A DNA stretch of 64,000 nucleotides, taken from NCBI GenBank assembly GCA_002441285.1, contig DJVR01000045.1:1144-65143 (forward strand), in the 5' to 3' direction. Source of the stretch: Candidatus Atribacteria bacterium UBA6251 (lineage in GTDB: Bacteria; Atribacterota; Phoenicimicrobiia; Phoenicimicrobiales; Phoenicimicrobiaceae). Position 1 is the stretch's first letter. Every line of letters begins with the position of its first letter. The notes under the pieces are model-generated. The model did not search any database. It had not been told where the DNA came from and saw only the letters and a program-made list of their open reading frames with translations. Positions 56,363-64,000 of this stretch are shown here, one piece after another. The translations under genes and the position numbers were made by a program.

Positions 56363-57580
56363 TCATACCCTTTGTATATTCATCCCAGACCAGAAGAAGA
56401 ATTCAATTACCAGTTTACTATAATCTCCTTTACTAATCAGATGATGATTACCTAAAGAATTTTTTAAGAAATAGTCCACTCTTTCATCTAATCTGAACTT
56501 AATCTGAGTTCGACATAGGTCTGGTGAATTTAAGTTTTCTACTATCTCTCCACCCGATATAAAATATTTTTCTCCTTTAGCCGATAGTTTAAAAATTGTA
56601 CCTCTTCCTTCTTGAATAATTCCCCTTACTCCCACCCCTAAACCAGATTCAAAGTGGGTATTAAGAGAAAATTTTTCTGCCATCTGCAAAGGTAAAGTAC
56701 AATGCGCAAAGGTTACTGTGTTTCGGGATATATCTATACTGGAAGGGTTAGCCATAAAAACTGGTTCATGAGTTAAATAGTTTAGCAGGAGCATTGATAA
56801 AAGAGCGGGTATATCACCCTCGCAACCTGCTATAATACCCTCATCATTCAATAAAGCTAAAGCCAAACAGGCAGTATCTTGAAAATTTTCTATCAAATCA
56901 AAACATCTAATGGTAAGACCAGAAAGTTTGAATCTTTCGATCAATGATTTTAGACTGGTATAAATCTTTAATGCTCTCTGGATGGAAGAAGGATTAAAAT
57001 CTTGATCCTTAATTAATTTCAATTTAGGAGGAATAAAATGATTTTCCTCTTTTATTTCCTTAAATAATTCCTCCATTTTAATATCTATTAAAGAGACTCC
57101 CAATATTTTTTTAATCCTTCCATAATTAACCTCACTGGAAATAAGCCAGTCAGAAGGATGACCAATAACTCCCAATCTAGTAGAATCTAATTTATTCTTA
57201 ACCTGAAAAAATTTTTCAATTTCTTTTATCCTCTTAGCAATGTAATCACTATCTCCATGGATAATCTCTGCTCTTTCCCCTTTTTGCCTTAAGAAAGTAG
57301 CAATCTCTAATGAAGCAGCTAAAGAATTGTGTCGGGAACTGGCTAATAATAAAAATGGTCCTTTTATCTCGGAAAAGAGAGATTTAAATTTCCCTTCTAC
57401 TCCCCCGGTTTTGATAAAAATTAGGGGAAGATATTCTTTATGACTAAACTTTTTTATCTCTATTTCCTCTATTCTTTTACCCAATTTTTCTTCTATGGAA
57501 GGTATAAAATCTTTTAAACTTTGGTCAATATATTCCTGATTATGCAAAACCGAAGAAAGATTAAACAAACCTATTCTCAT
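56363..57580 (-). CDS. hypothetical protein, possibly L-fucose/L-arabinose isomerase-like
   Basis: 405 aa. A GCEGDIPAL segment is reminiscent of the sugar isomerase family, but the assignment is weak. It is the first gene of the hydroxylase string. Confidence 0.3.
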   Translation of the reverse strand: MRIGLFNLSSVLHNQEYIDQSLKDFIPSIEEKLGKRIEEIEIKKFSHKEYLPLIFIKTGGVEGKFKSLFSEIKGPFLLLASSRHNSLAASLEIATFLRQKGERAEIIHGDSDYIAKRIKEIEKFFQVKNKLDSTRLGVIGHPSDWLISSEVNYGRIKKILGVSLIDIKMEELFKEIKEENHFIPPKLKLIKDQDFNPSSIQRALKIYTSLKSLIERFKLSGLTIRCFDLIENFQDTACLALALLNDEGIIAGCEGDIPALLSMLLLNYLTHEPVFMANPSSIDISRNTVTFAHCTLPLQMAEKFSLNTHFESGLGVGVRGIIQEGRGTIFKLSAKGEKYFISGGEIVENLNSPDLCRTQIKFRLDERVDYFLKNSLGNHHLISKGDYSKLVIEFFFWSGMNIQRV

Positions 57581-57818
57581 CCACTCTCTCCTTATTCAAT
57601 ATTTATTGCTCATTAATTCACTATAGTAAACTTTGATCTCCTTATCTTAATTCTACATCACACCCTCTATTTCCTTCATTTGCATAAAAAACTTTAATAA
57701 GTTTTTTCTGGTTATTTTTTTAAAAAGAGAAGACACTTCCTGAAAAAAATATAAATTTTCTTTTTATGATCTCTTTCAGGAAATTAAAAATTTACTTTCA
57801 ATCTCTAATTTAGTCCCC

Positions 57819-57847
57819 TTGTAAAGTTTACGAATAAAAATTATAAT
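57819..57847 (+). promoter_or_regulatory. putative promoter of tRNA-Sec/selAB
   Basis: TTGTAA (57819-57824), a 17-nt spacer, then TATAAT (57842-57847), about 30 nt upstream of tRNA-Sec. Confidence 0.5.
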
Positions 57848-57877
57848 TAATTTAGAATTTTAAAGTTATAATAACAA

Positions 57878-57976
57878 GGGAGCGGATAGGTCCTGGTGGG
57901 CCTTGCGGACTTCAAATCCGTGGGCGGCAATTAATATTAATTGCCGCGGTGGGTTCGATTCCTACCCCTCCCGCCA
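57878..57976 (+). tRNA. selC: tRNA-Sec (anticodon UCA)
   Basis: 8-bp acceptor (one C.C mismatch); 6-bp D-stem AGGTCC/GGGCCT with a 4-nt loop; anticodon loop CTTCAAA; very long variable arm GCGGCAATTAA-TAT-TTAATTGCCGC; T-arm GGGTTCGATTCC; encoded CCA. It lies directly upstream of selA. Confidence 0.9.
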
Positions 57977-58009
57977 ACTTCTATAAATAAAAGAAGGAGC
58001 TTTTTATTT

Positions 58010-59425
58010 TTGAACCAAAAAATTGTCCAAAAAAAACATAATCATCAAATAAATCTAATCCTTTCTCAGATACCTAGCGTAGAAATACTCCTACAGAATG
58101 AGGAATTAAAAAAATTAAGTACTAAATACTCCCGTAAAGTCCTCGTTCAAGTAATAAGAAAAGTCCTCTCTAGAGAGAGAAATCAAACCAAAAAAAGTGG
58201 TAAAACCTATTCTAATTCCGAGAGAATAAAAGAGATAAAAACATCTTTAGCCCTGGAAAACCAAGATTATTTAAAAAGAGTAATTAATGGTAGCGGAGTA
58301 ATATTACACACCAACCTGGGTAGAGCGCCTTTAGGGAAAGAAATTTTGGAAAGAATTACTCCCGAGTTAGAAAATTACCTTAATCTGGAGTATGATCTGA
58401 GAGAGGGAGTTAGAGGAAAAAGAGGGATAATGATAGAAAAATTACTTTATCTACTCACCCAAGCTGAAAAGAGTTTGGTAGTAAATAATAATGCTGGAGC
58501 AGTATTCTTAATCTTAAGTGCTTTAGCTAAAAACAAAGAAGTAATTGTCTCCCGTGGTGAGTTAATTCAAATTGGAGGAGGATTCCGTATCCCCGAGATT
58601 TTAGAACAAAGCGGCGCTCACCTCAGAGAGGTAGGGACAACTAACCAAACCTTTATTGAAGACTATGAAAAAGCAATTAATGAAGACACTGCCCTCCTCC
58701 TAAAAGTGCATCAGAGCAACTTTCAGATGGAAGGCTTTACCTATCAGGTGGAGATCAAAGAACTGAAAGAATTAGGAGAAAAATATCATTTACCCGTAGT
58801 AGTAGATTTAGGCAGTGGAACATTTTTAAATACTGAAAATTTTGGTTTAAAACATGAACCTACGGTGCAAGAAAATATCCAAGCTGGAGCTGATATAGTC
58901 TGCTTTAGTACCGATAAATTATTAGGAGGTCCACAAGGAGGAATAATCTGCGGTAAGGAAAACTATATTAATACTATCGCTACCCATCCTCTCTTTCGAA
59001 CTCTTCGAGTAGGAAAAATCACCCTGGCTTTCTTACAAGAAATATTATTGTGTTACTTAAAAAAACAGGAAATTAACCATATTGCCCTCTGGAAAATGAT
59101 CTCCTATCCCCTGGAGCAGATAGAAAAAAGAGCTAAATATATTTCCCAGAAGCTTAATCAGGAAAATATTCCAACTTTTATTATTGAGGGAGAAACCACT
59201 ATAGGCGGTGGCGCCTTACCCGGACAGACTTTACCTACCAGATTACTCTTGATTAAACCTCTGGTCTCGGTAGAAGAATTTTCTAAATACTTACGTCTTT
59301 CATCTCCTCCCTTAATTGGGAGAAAAGAAAAAGAATATTTTGTCCTGGATCTTAGAACTATAGATCCAGATTTAGATGAAATGATTATAGAAATTATAAA
59401 ATCAGTTTGGTTGAAAATAAAATAG
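58010..59425 (+). CDS. selA: L-seryl-tRNA(Sec) selenium transferase
   Basis: SelA sequence with the PLP-lysine region [16 protein letters not shown] place the start at TTG 58010 behind AAGGAG (57993-57998), because the track start at 57941 lies inside tRNA-Sec. Confidence 0.9.
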   Translation: MNQKIVQKKHNHQINLILSQIPSVEILLQNEELKKLSTKYSRKVLVQVIRKVLSRERNQTKKSGKTYSNSERIKEIKTSLALENQDYLKRVINGSGVILHTNLGRAPLGKEILERITPELENYLNLEYDLREGVRGKRGIMIEKLLYLLTQAEKSLVVNNNAGAVFLILSALAKNKEVIVSRGELIQIGGGFRIPEILEQSGAHLREVGTTNQTFIEDYEKAINEDTALLLKVHQSNFQMEGFTYQVEIKELKELGEKYHLPVVVDLGSGTFLNTENFGLKHEPTVQENIQAGADIVCFSTDKLLGGPQGGIICGKENYINTIATHPLFRTLRVGKITLAFLQEILLCYLKKQEINHIALWKMISYPLEQIEKRAKYISQKLNQENIPTFIIEGETTIGGGALPGQTLPTRLLLIKPLVSVEEFSKYLRLSSPPLIGRKEKEYFVLDLRTIDPDLDEMIIEIIKSVWLKIK

Positions 59426-59454
59426 TTAAAACATATAACCACAAAGAGGATTTT

Positions 59455-61329
59455 ATGTTTGTTTTTGGTACTGCTGGACATATTGACCACGGGAAAACTG
59501 CTTTAATATATGCCTTAACCGGAATAGATCCTGATCGTTTACCTGAAGAAAAAAAAAGAGGTATGACTATCGATCTGGGATTTGCCTGGCTAACTTTACC
59601 CTCGGGGGAGAAAGTAGGGATTGTAGATGTTCCTGGGCATGAAAACTTAGTTAAAAATATGATAGCTGGAACTACTGGTATTGATGCGGTAATCCTGGTG
59701 ATTGATGCCAAAGAAGGATGGATGCCCCAAACAGAAGAACATTTTCAAATAATCGAACTCCTTGGCCTACAATCTGGCATTATAGTAATTACTAAAATAG
59801 ATTTAGTAAATCGACCTAGATTAGCCGAAGTTGAAGAAGAGATTAAAAAAAGAATAAAAAAGACCATCTTTTCTCAGGTACCTATAATAAAAACCAGCAC
59901 TATAAACAATATTGGCTTAGCAGAAATAAAACAGAGCATCCAGGAGTTACTTCCTCAGATAAAACCTAAAAAAGATATTCAAAAGCCCCGAGTATATATT
60001 GATCGGGTTTTTACTATTAAAGGAAGTGGAACGATCGCTACCGGAACATTAATAGGAGGGGTCCTGCAAAAAGGGATGGAACTAAATATATTTCCTGGGG
60101 GACAAAAAGTTCGTTTGCGTAACCTTCAAGCCTATAAAGAAGAAGTAGAAATTGCTTATCCAGGCAGCCGAGTTGCCCTCAATTTACCCGGAATAGAAAA
60201 AAGTGAATTACAACGGGGAAATATAATTTTCGCCAATACACCAGTAAAAACTAGTAAAAATATTGATGTATATTTAAAACTTCTGCCTCCTTTTTCTAAA
60301 TCTCCCCTACCCTCCGGATCTATAGTAAGTTTCTTTACCGGTACTAAAGAGACTTTTGCCCGCCTCTTTTTTTTAAACACCCCATTACTCCAGGGGGAAG
60401 AGGTAGTTCTTACTCGACTTAAACTCCAGGAGGATTTATTCACCTTTCTAGGTGATCGCTTTATTTTAAGGATACCCAGCCCTCCTCAAAATCTGGGTGG
60501 TGGCATCATTTTAGATCCTCTTGCCTATAAATATCTTCCTAAGAAAAAAGAAGAAATCAATCTTTTAAGTAGACGGATAAATCTTGACTTAAAAGAATTG
60601 ATCCTGACGGAATTATATAAATTAAAATATTGTAAAAAAAATGATTTATTATCCTCGAGTAATTTTTCCGAGGAAGAAATAATGATTATGGTAAATATTT
60701 TAAAAAAGGAGAAGAAGTTATTCTCTTATCTCTCTTGGATAGTAGAAGTAGATTTCTGGCAAAACCAGAAAATAAAATTTTTACAAAAATTAAAAGAAGA
60801 GTATCAACTTGCTCCTCTATCCAATAGCTTCTCTATAAATAAATTACAAAAAATTTTTTCTTATTTGCCTATAGAGATATTTAAAGGAATAATTGATAAT
60901 TTAAAAGAAGAGAATAAAGTTGGCATAAAAGGAGGGATGGTGTACTTAACTACCTATAAACCAAAAATCTCTCCTATCCAAAAAGAATATATAGAAAAGA
61001 TATTAGAAATTATTAAAGCTAATCCTGCTCAACCTTTAGAAGAAAAAAATCTTCTAGCTGAGATAGAAGAAAAGAAAGAAATATTAGAATTTTTGATACA
61101 GCAGGGAGAAATAGTCAGGTTAAGTGAAGGAATTTTGCTTGAAAACAAAACTTATGATATGATGAAACACAAATTAATAGAATTTTTAAAACAAAATGGT
61201 TCTTTATCTATTGCTCAGGTAAGAGATTTACTCGGATTAAGCCGAAAATATATTATTCCTTTATTAACTAAAATGGATGAAGAAAATATTACTCGACGGA
61301 AGGAAAATGTTAGAATACTAAAAAGATAA
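59455..61329 (+). CDS. selB: selenocysteine-specific translation elongation factor
   Basis: GTPase motifs [14 protein letters not shown] and TKID, plus C-terminal winged-helix repeats. ATG 59455 behind AAGAGGA is preferred over the track start at 59407. Confidence 0.9.
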   Translation: MFVFGTAGHIDHGKTALIYALTGIDPDRLPEEKKRGMTIDLGFAWLTLPSGEKVGIVDVPGHENLVKNMIAGTTGIDAVILVIDAKEGWMPQTEEHFQIIELLGLQSGIIVITKIDLVNRPRLAEVEEEIKKRIKKTIFSQVPIIKTSTINNIGLAEIKQSIQELLPQIKPKKDIQKPRVYIDRVFTIKGSGTIATGTLIGGVLQKGMELNIFPGGQKVRLRNLQAYKEEVEIAYPGSRVALNLPGIEKSELQRGNIIFANTPVKTSKNIDVYLKLLPPFSKSPLPSGSIVSFFTGTKETFARLFFLNTPLLQGEEVVLTRLKLQEDLFTFLGDRFILRIPSPPQNLGGGIILDPLAYKYLPKKKEEINLLSRRINLDLKELILTELYKLKYCKKNDLLSSSNFSEEEIMIMVNILKKEKKLFSYLSWIVEVDFWQNQKIKFLQKLKEEYQLAPLSNSFSINKLQKIFSYLPIEIFKGIIDNLKEENKVGIKGGMVYLTTYKPKISPIQKEYIEKILEIIKANPAQPLEEKNLLAEIEEKKEILEFLIQQGEIVRLSEGILLENKTYDMMKHKLIEFLKQNGSLSIAQVRDLLGLSRKYIIPLLTKMDEENITRRKENVRILKR

Positions 61330-61367
61330 ACTTAAAGGAAAATTAATTATTACAGAGGAGAATAAAC

Positions 61368-62408
61368 TTGGTAGAGATAAAAAGACTAACTCAACTAGTC
61401 TCAGCTGCCGGTTGAGCAGCTAAATTAAATTCTCAAGATCTCGGTGAGATCTTAAAACCTATTAAAGTATTAAAGGATGAAAAACTGTTAACTGGTTTTG
61501 AAAGGTATGAAGATGCTGCTGCTTATCATTTGAATGATGCTCAAGTTTTGCTCTTTACAGTAGATGTAATCACTCCTATAATCGATGATGCTTATACTTT
61601 TGGAAAGATTGCTGCAGCTAACGCCTTAAGCGATATTTTTGCTATGGGTGGAAATCCCTTAATGGCTTTAAATATTATTGCCTTTCCCGAGAACCGTTTA
61701 GAAGACTTAAAAGAAATTCTCCAGGGAGGAGCTGAAAAAATAGCTGAAGCAGGTGCTTTATTAGCTGGTGGCCATACCATCAAAGATCGGGAACCGAAAT
61801 ACGGATTAGCAGTAATAGGTTTAGTCCATCCTCAAAAAATCATCTTTAATCATAATCCCCAACTTAATGATTATCTAATTTTAACCAAACCTTTAGGTAC
61901 AGGAATAATATCTACTGCCCTTAAGGCGGAAATGGTAGAAAAATCAGATCTTGATCAAGCTATTTACTGGATGTGTAAATTAAATAAATTATCTCCAGAA
62001 TTATTAAATTTACCTATTCATAGTATGACTGATATTACTGGTTTTGGTTTAATAGGTCATTTAAAAGAGATGTTAAACCAGGATGGAATGGAAGCAGAGT
62101 TATGGTTAGAAAATATTCCCTATTTAAAAAATCTAGATAAATACATTTCTGCCGGAATGATCCCAGGAGGAACCTTAAAAAATAAAGAAATCTTTTCCTG
62201 TTTAGTAGAAAAAAAATCTCCTATTCCTGAAGAAAAGGAAATAGCCCTTTATGATGCCCAAACTTCAGGAGGACTACTTTTATCTATAAGCCCGGAAAAA
62301 GAAGAAAAAGCAAAAGAATTACTCCTGCAACAAGGTTTTACTGAAAGTAAAATTATAGGAAAAATTGGCTCAACTTCTTCTCCAGGAAAAAGGATTATTT
62401 TAAAATAG
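61368..62408 (+). CDS. selD: selenide, water dikinase (selenophosphate synthetase), Sec-containing form
   Basis: TTG 61368 (RBS GAGGAG) opens LVEIKRLTQLVSAAG-U-AAKLNSQDLGEILKP..., in frame with the 61530-62408 track ORF. The TGA at 61413-61415 sits exactly where SelD has its catalytic Cys/Sec (GxG[CU]xxK-like loop). Confidence 0.85.
61435..61453 (+). promoter_or_regulatory. putative bacterial SECIS hairpin of selD
   Basis: AAGATCTC-GGT-GAGATCTT is a perfect 8-bp stem with a GGU loop. It starts 19 nt after the UGA. Confidence 0.6.
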
Positions 62409-62460
62409 ACTGGTTTATTTTTAATCACTAATTTACTTTTTAATAAAATTCTGTTAAATT

Positions 62461-63150
62461 TTGGATATTGCAAAAATAAAGAAAGATAATTATTTTTACT
62501 TTAGAAGGGAGGTGATTATTATTACCAGAAAGATTTTTTTAACTATTAGCACAATATTTTTTGTTTTTCTCATTACAAGTGGATGTTATTTATTCAACCT
62601 CCCACCAGTTATTGAATCAGAACCGGTTACCACTGCTAAGGTAGGCAGTCTGTATACTTATGAGGTAGAAGCAAGCGATCCGAATAATGACACTTTAACT
62701 TATTTCCTACTGGATTCTCCCTCGGGAATGAGTATTAATTCTACTACTGGAGAAATTAGTTGGACTCCTACTTCTGAGGGAAGCTTTGAAGTAATCGTAG
62801 AGGTTTCCGACGGTAGAACCACAGATACTCAGACCTTTACTATCAATGTTACTGAACCACAATTAGCCTCCATAGAAGTTCTACCCAGTAGTATGACTAT
62901 TTATGCTGGTCAGAGTAAAGCTATTAGTTCCATTACTGCCTCTTACGATGATGGTTCCTCGAAAGAGTTAGCCTTTAGTGACTGTACTTATTCTTCTAAT
63001 AACTCAAAAGTGACGGTTTCAAACGGTACCGTTTATGTTTCTTCAACTTGTTCAGCCACTACAGCTACAGTTACAGTAGCTTATACTGAAAATGAAATAA
63101 CTAAAAGTGATACTATAGCCATTATAGTTAAGACTACCGGTGGTGGTTGA
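62461..63150 (+). CDS. secreted protein or lipoprotein with He_PIG-type Ig domain and Big_2-like domain
   Basis: Signal/lipobox-like FLITSGC. The segment VIESEPVTTAKVGSLYTYEVEASDPNNDTLTYFLLDSPSGMSINSTTGEISWTP is typical of the putative Ig domain. The start codon is uncertain (GTG 62512 is possible). Confidence 0.6.
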   Translation: MDIAKIKKDNYFYFRREVIIITRKIFLTISTIFFVFLITSGCYLFNLPPVIESEPVTTAKVGSLYTYEVEASDPNNDTLTYFLLDSPSGMSINSTTGEISWTPTSEGSFEVIVEVSDGRTTDTQTFTINVTEPQLASIEVLPSSMTIYAGQSKAISSITASYDDGSSKELAFSDCTYSSNNSKVTVSNGTVYVSSTCSATTATVTVAYTENEITKSDTIAIIVKTTGGG

Positions 63151-63304
63151 GGAGGATAATAATTTAACCAGTAGTTTACTGGTAAGATTAAAAAGGGGGA
63201 AATATTATTATTTTTATCTATAAAAAATAATATTCTCCTCTTTACATTTTTATACTTCTTTAATATAATGTGGAGTTACAAACTCTATTTGGAAGGAAAT
63301 TAGA

Positions 63305-63610
63305 ATGAAAATAAAGCTAACTAATCGAGCTTCAGAAGAATTAAAAAAGATTCTAACTGAGAAAAATGAAAAAAATCAAAAAATAAGGATTAACTTAAAA
63401 GGTATAGGATGAGGCGGCCCTAGATTTAATCTTGCTCTGGATGAGCAGAAAGAAGATGATGAAAATATTGAAGTAGAAGGTATAACCTTCCTGGTAAGCA
63501 AAAAGTTACTTTCCCAATTTCAGAATTTTACTATTGATTATTCAAATTTTTTTCTCCAGAGAGGTTTTTCCATTTACGCAAATGATCACTATACCTCTGG
63601 TTGTGCTTAG
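63305..63610 (+). CDS. HesB/IscA-like selenoprotein (in-frame UGA)
   Basis: This gene is not in the ORF track. The ATG at 63305 follows GGAAGGA. The product is MKIKLTNRASEELKKILTEKNEKNQKIRINLKGIG-U-GGPRFNLALDEQKEDDENIEVEGITFLVSKKLL...YTSGCA*. The TGA at 63410-63412 replaces the Cys of the IscA/HesB G-C-x-G site. Confidence 0.7.
63432..63448 (+). promoter_or_regulatory. possible SECIS-like hairpin of the HesB-like gene
   Basis: TTGCTC-TGGAT-GAGCAG is a 6-bp stem including one G.U pair. It starts 19 nt after the UGA, the same spacing as in selD. Confidence 0.35.
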
Positions 63611-63647
63611 AGACTAACTTTTTACTCATTTTGATTAGTAAATAAAA

Positions 63648-63682
63648 AGGGTACATCCTTTTTAAAAAATAGGATGTACCCT
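63648..63682. terminator. bidirectional intrinsic terminator hairpin
   Basis: AGGGTACATCCT-TTTTAAAAAAT-AGGATGTACCCT is A/T-flanked and lies between convergent genes. Confidence 0.7.
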
Positions 63683-63710
63683 AAAATTGTCCTGATTCGC
63701 ACTTTTTATT

Positions 63711-64000
63711 CTATTCCCATGGTCCAACAATACCCTGCGCTGCCCATTCCATAGTAGTTAATTCATAAACTGACATTCTGCTACCCTCTGGAACCCTCAA
63801 TTTCCCTTCTCGATCGTAAACTGGTCCATTGAAAGGATCAAAGACCATAGAAGGATCAGACATCTGTTCTAAGCGTTTCATAACCAGATCATAGACATTA
63901 ATCTCTCCTAAGACCGGATCATTTACCTTTTTGGCTTTTAAATCATCTTCAAAAAGTGGATTAATTAACATCCCTGGTTTTGCGCCAATCTCTACCGCTT
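63711..64000 (-). CDS. 3' end of an unidentified gene (partial, runs off the window)
   Basis: The frame stays open upstream of the track Met (…AVEIGAKPGMLINPLFEDD…) to the window edge. The family was not recognised. Confidence 0.5.
   Translation of the reverse strand, partial: AVEIGAKPGMLINPLFEDDLKAKKVNDPVLGEINVYDLVMKRLEQMSDPSMVFDPFNGPVYDREGKLRVPEGSRMSVYELTTMEWAAQGIVGPWE

Noticed and set aside
57941-58009. The track start of selA, which gives an N-terminus MPRWVRFLPLPPTSINKRRSFLF
   Set aside because: These codons are the 3' half of the tRNA-Sec gene and its trailer. TTG 58010 behind AAGGAG is the plausible start.

Overview
AT-rich bacterial chromosomal segment. There is no rRNA and the organism cannot be named from the sequence alone. 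The gene content suggests an anaerobe that uses selenium.

Layout:
(1) 0.1-3.8 kb: a cobalamin-riboswitch-controlled cobC-cobT-cobU-cobS operon (nucleotide-loop assembly).
(2) 4.2-23.9 kb: accessory/defence island 1. It holds an orphan YgjP-like peptidase; an IS200-like/RAYT transposase bracketed by inverted repeats; an uncharacterised four-gene nuclease operon (Ogg2/HhH-GPD-like glycosylase, ExoIII-fold EEP nuclease, PD-(D/E)xK nuclease, small acidic protein); a frameshifted nuclease pseudogene between direct repeats; and a long operon of a 1438-aa SF1 helicase-nuclease, type III mod and res, and three unknown small genes.
(3) 23.9-36.2 kb: housekeeping genes. These are pmbA/tldD, yhaM, tRNA-Leu, an aminotransferase, a flavodoxin and an SOS module (lexA-DUF72 and dnaE2-dinB, each behind the same AAACATATGTTT palindrome).
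(4) 36.3-49.3 kb: island 2. It holds an IS1595-type transposase remnant, a complete type I R-M operon (hsdM, AlbA_2/ATPase gene, hsdS, hsdR, ygjP), a 587-aa HEPN-motif protein and a decayed tyrosine recombinase. Three related 86-114 bp attC-like structured repeats each sit at the 3' end of a gene block, giving an integron-like cassette layout.
(5) 49.3-57.6 kb: a molybdenum hydroxylase locus with a split Mo subunit (NdhFSLM-like) plus a YgfK homologue.
(6) 57.8-63.6 kb: selenium module. It holds tRNA-Sec, selA, selB, a SelD with an in-frame UGA (Sec) codon, and a HesB-like selenoprotein gene that the ORF track misses because of its UGA.

The best candidates for an undescribed system are the glycosylase/EEP/PD-(D/E)xK/acidic-protein operon (6.1-9.0 kb), the helicase-nuclease-extended type III R-M operon (10.7-21.7 kb) and the attC-like cassette array carrying defence genes (36.9-49.3 kb).
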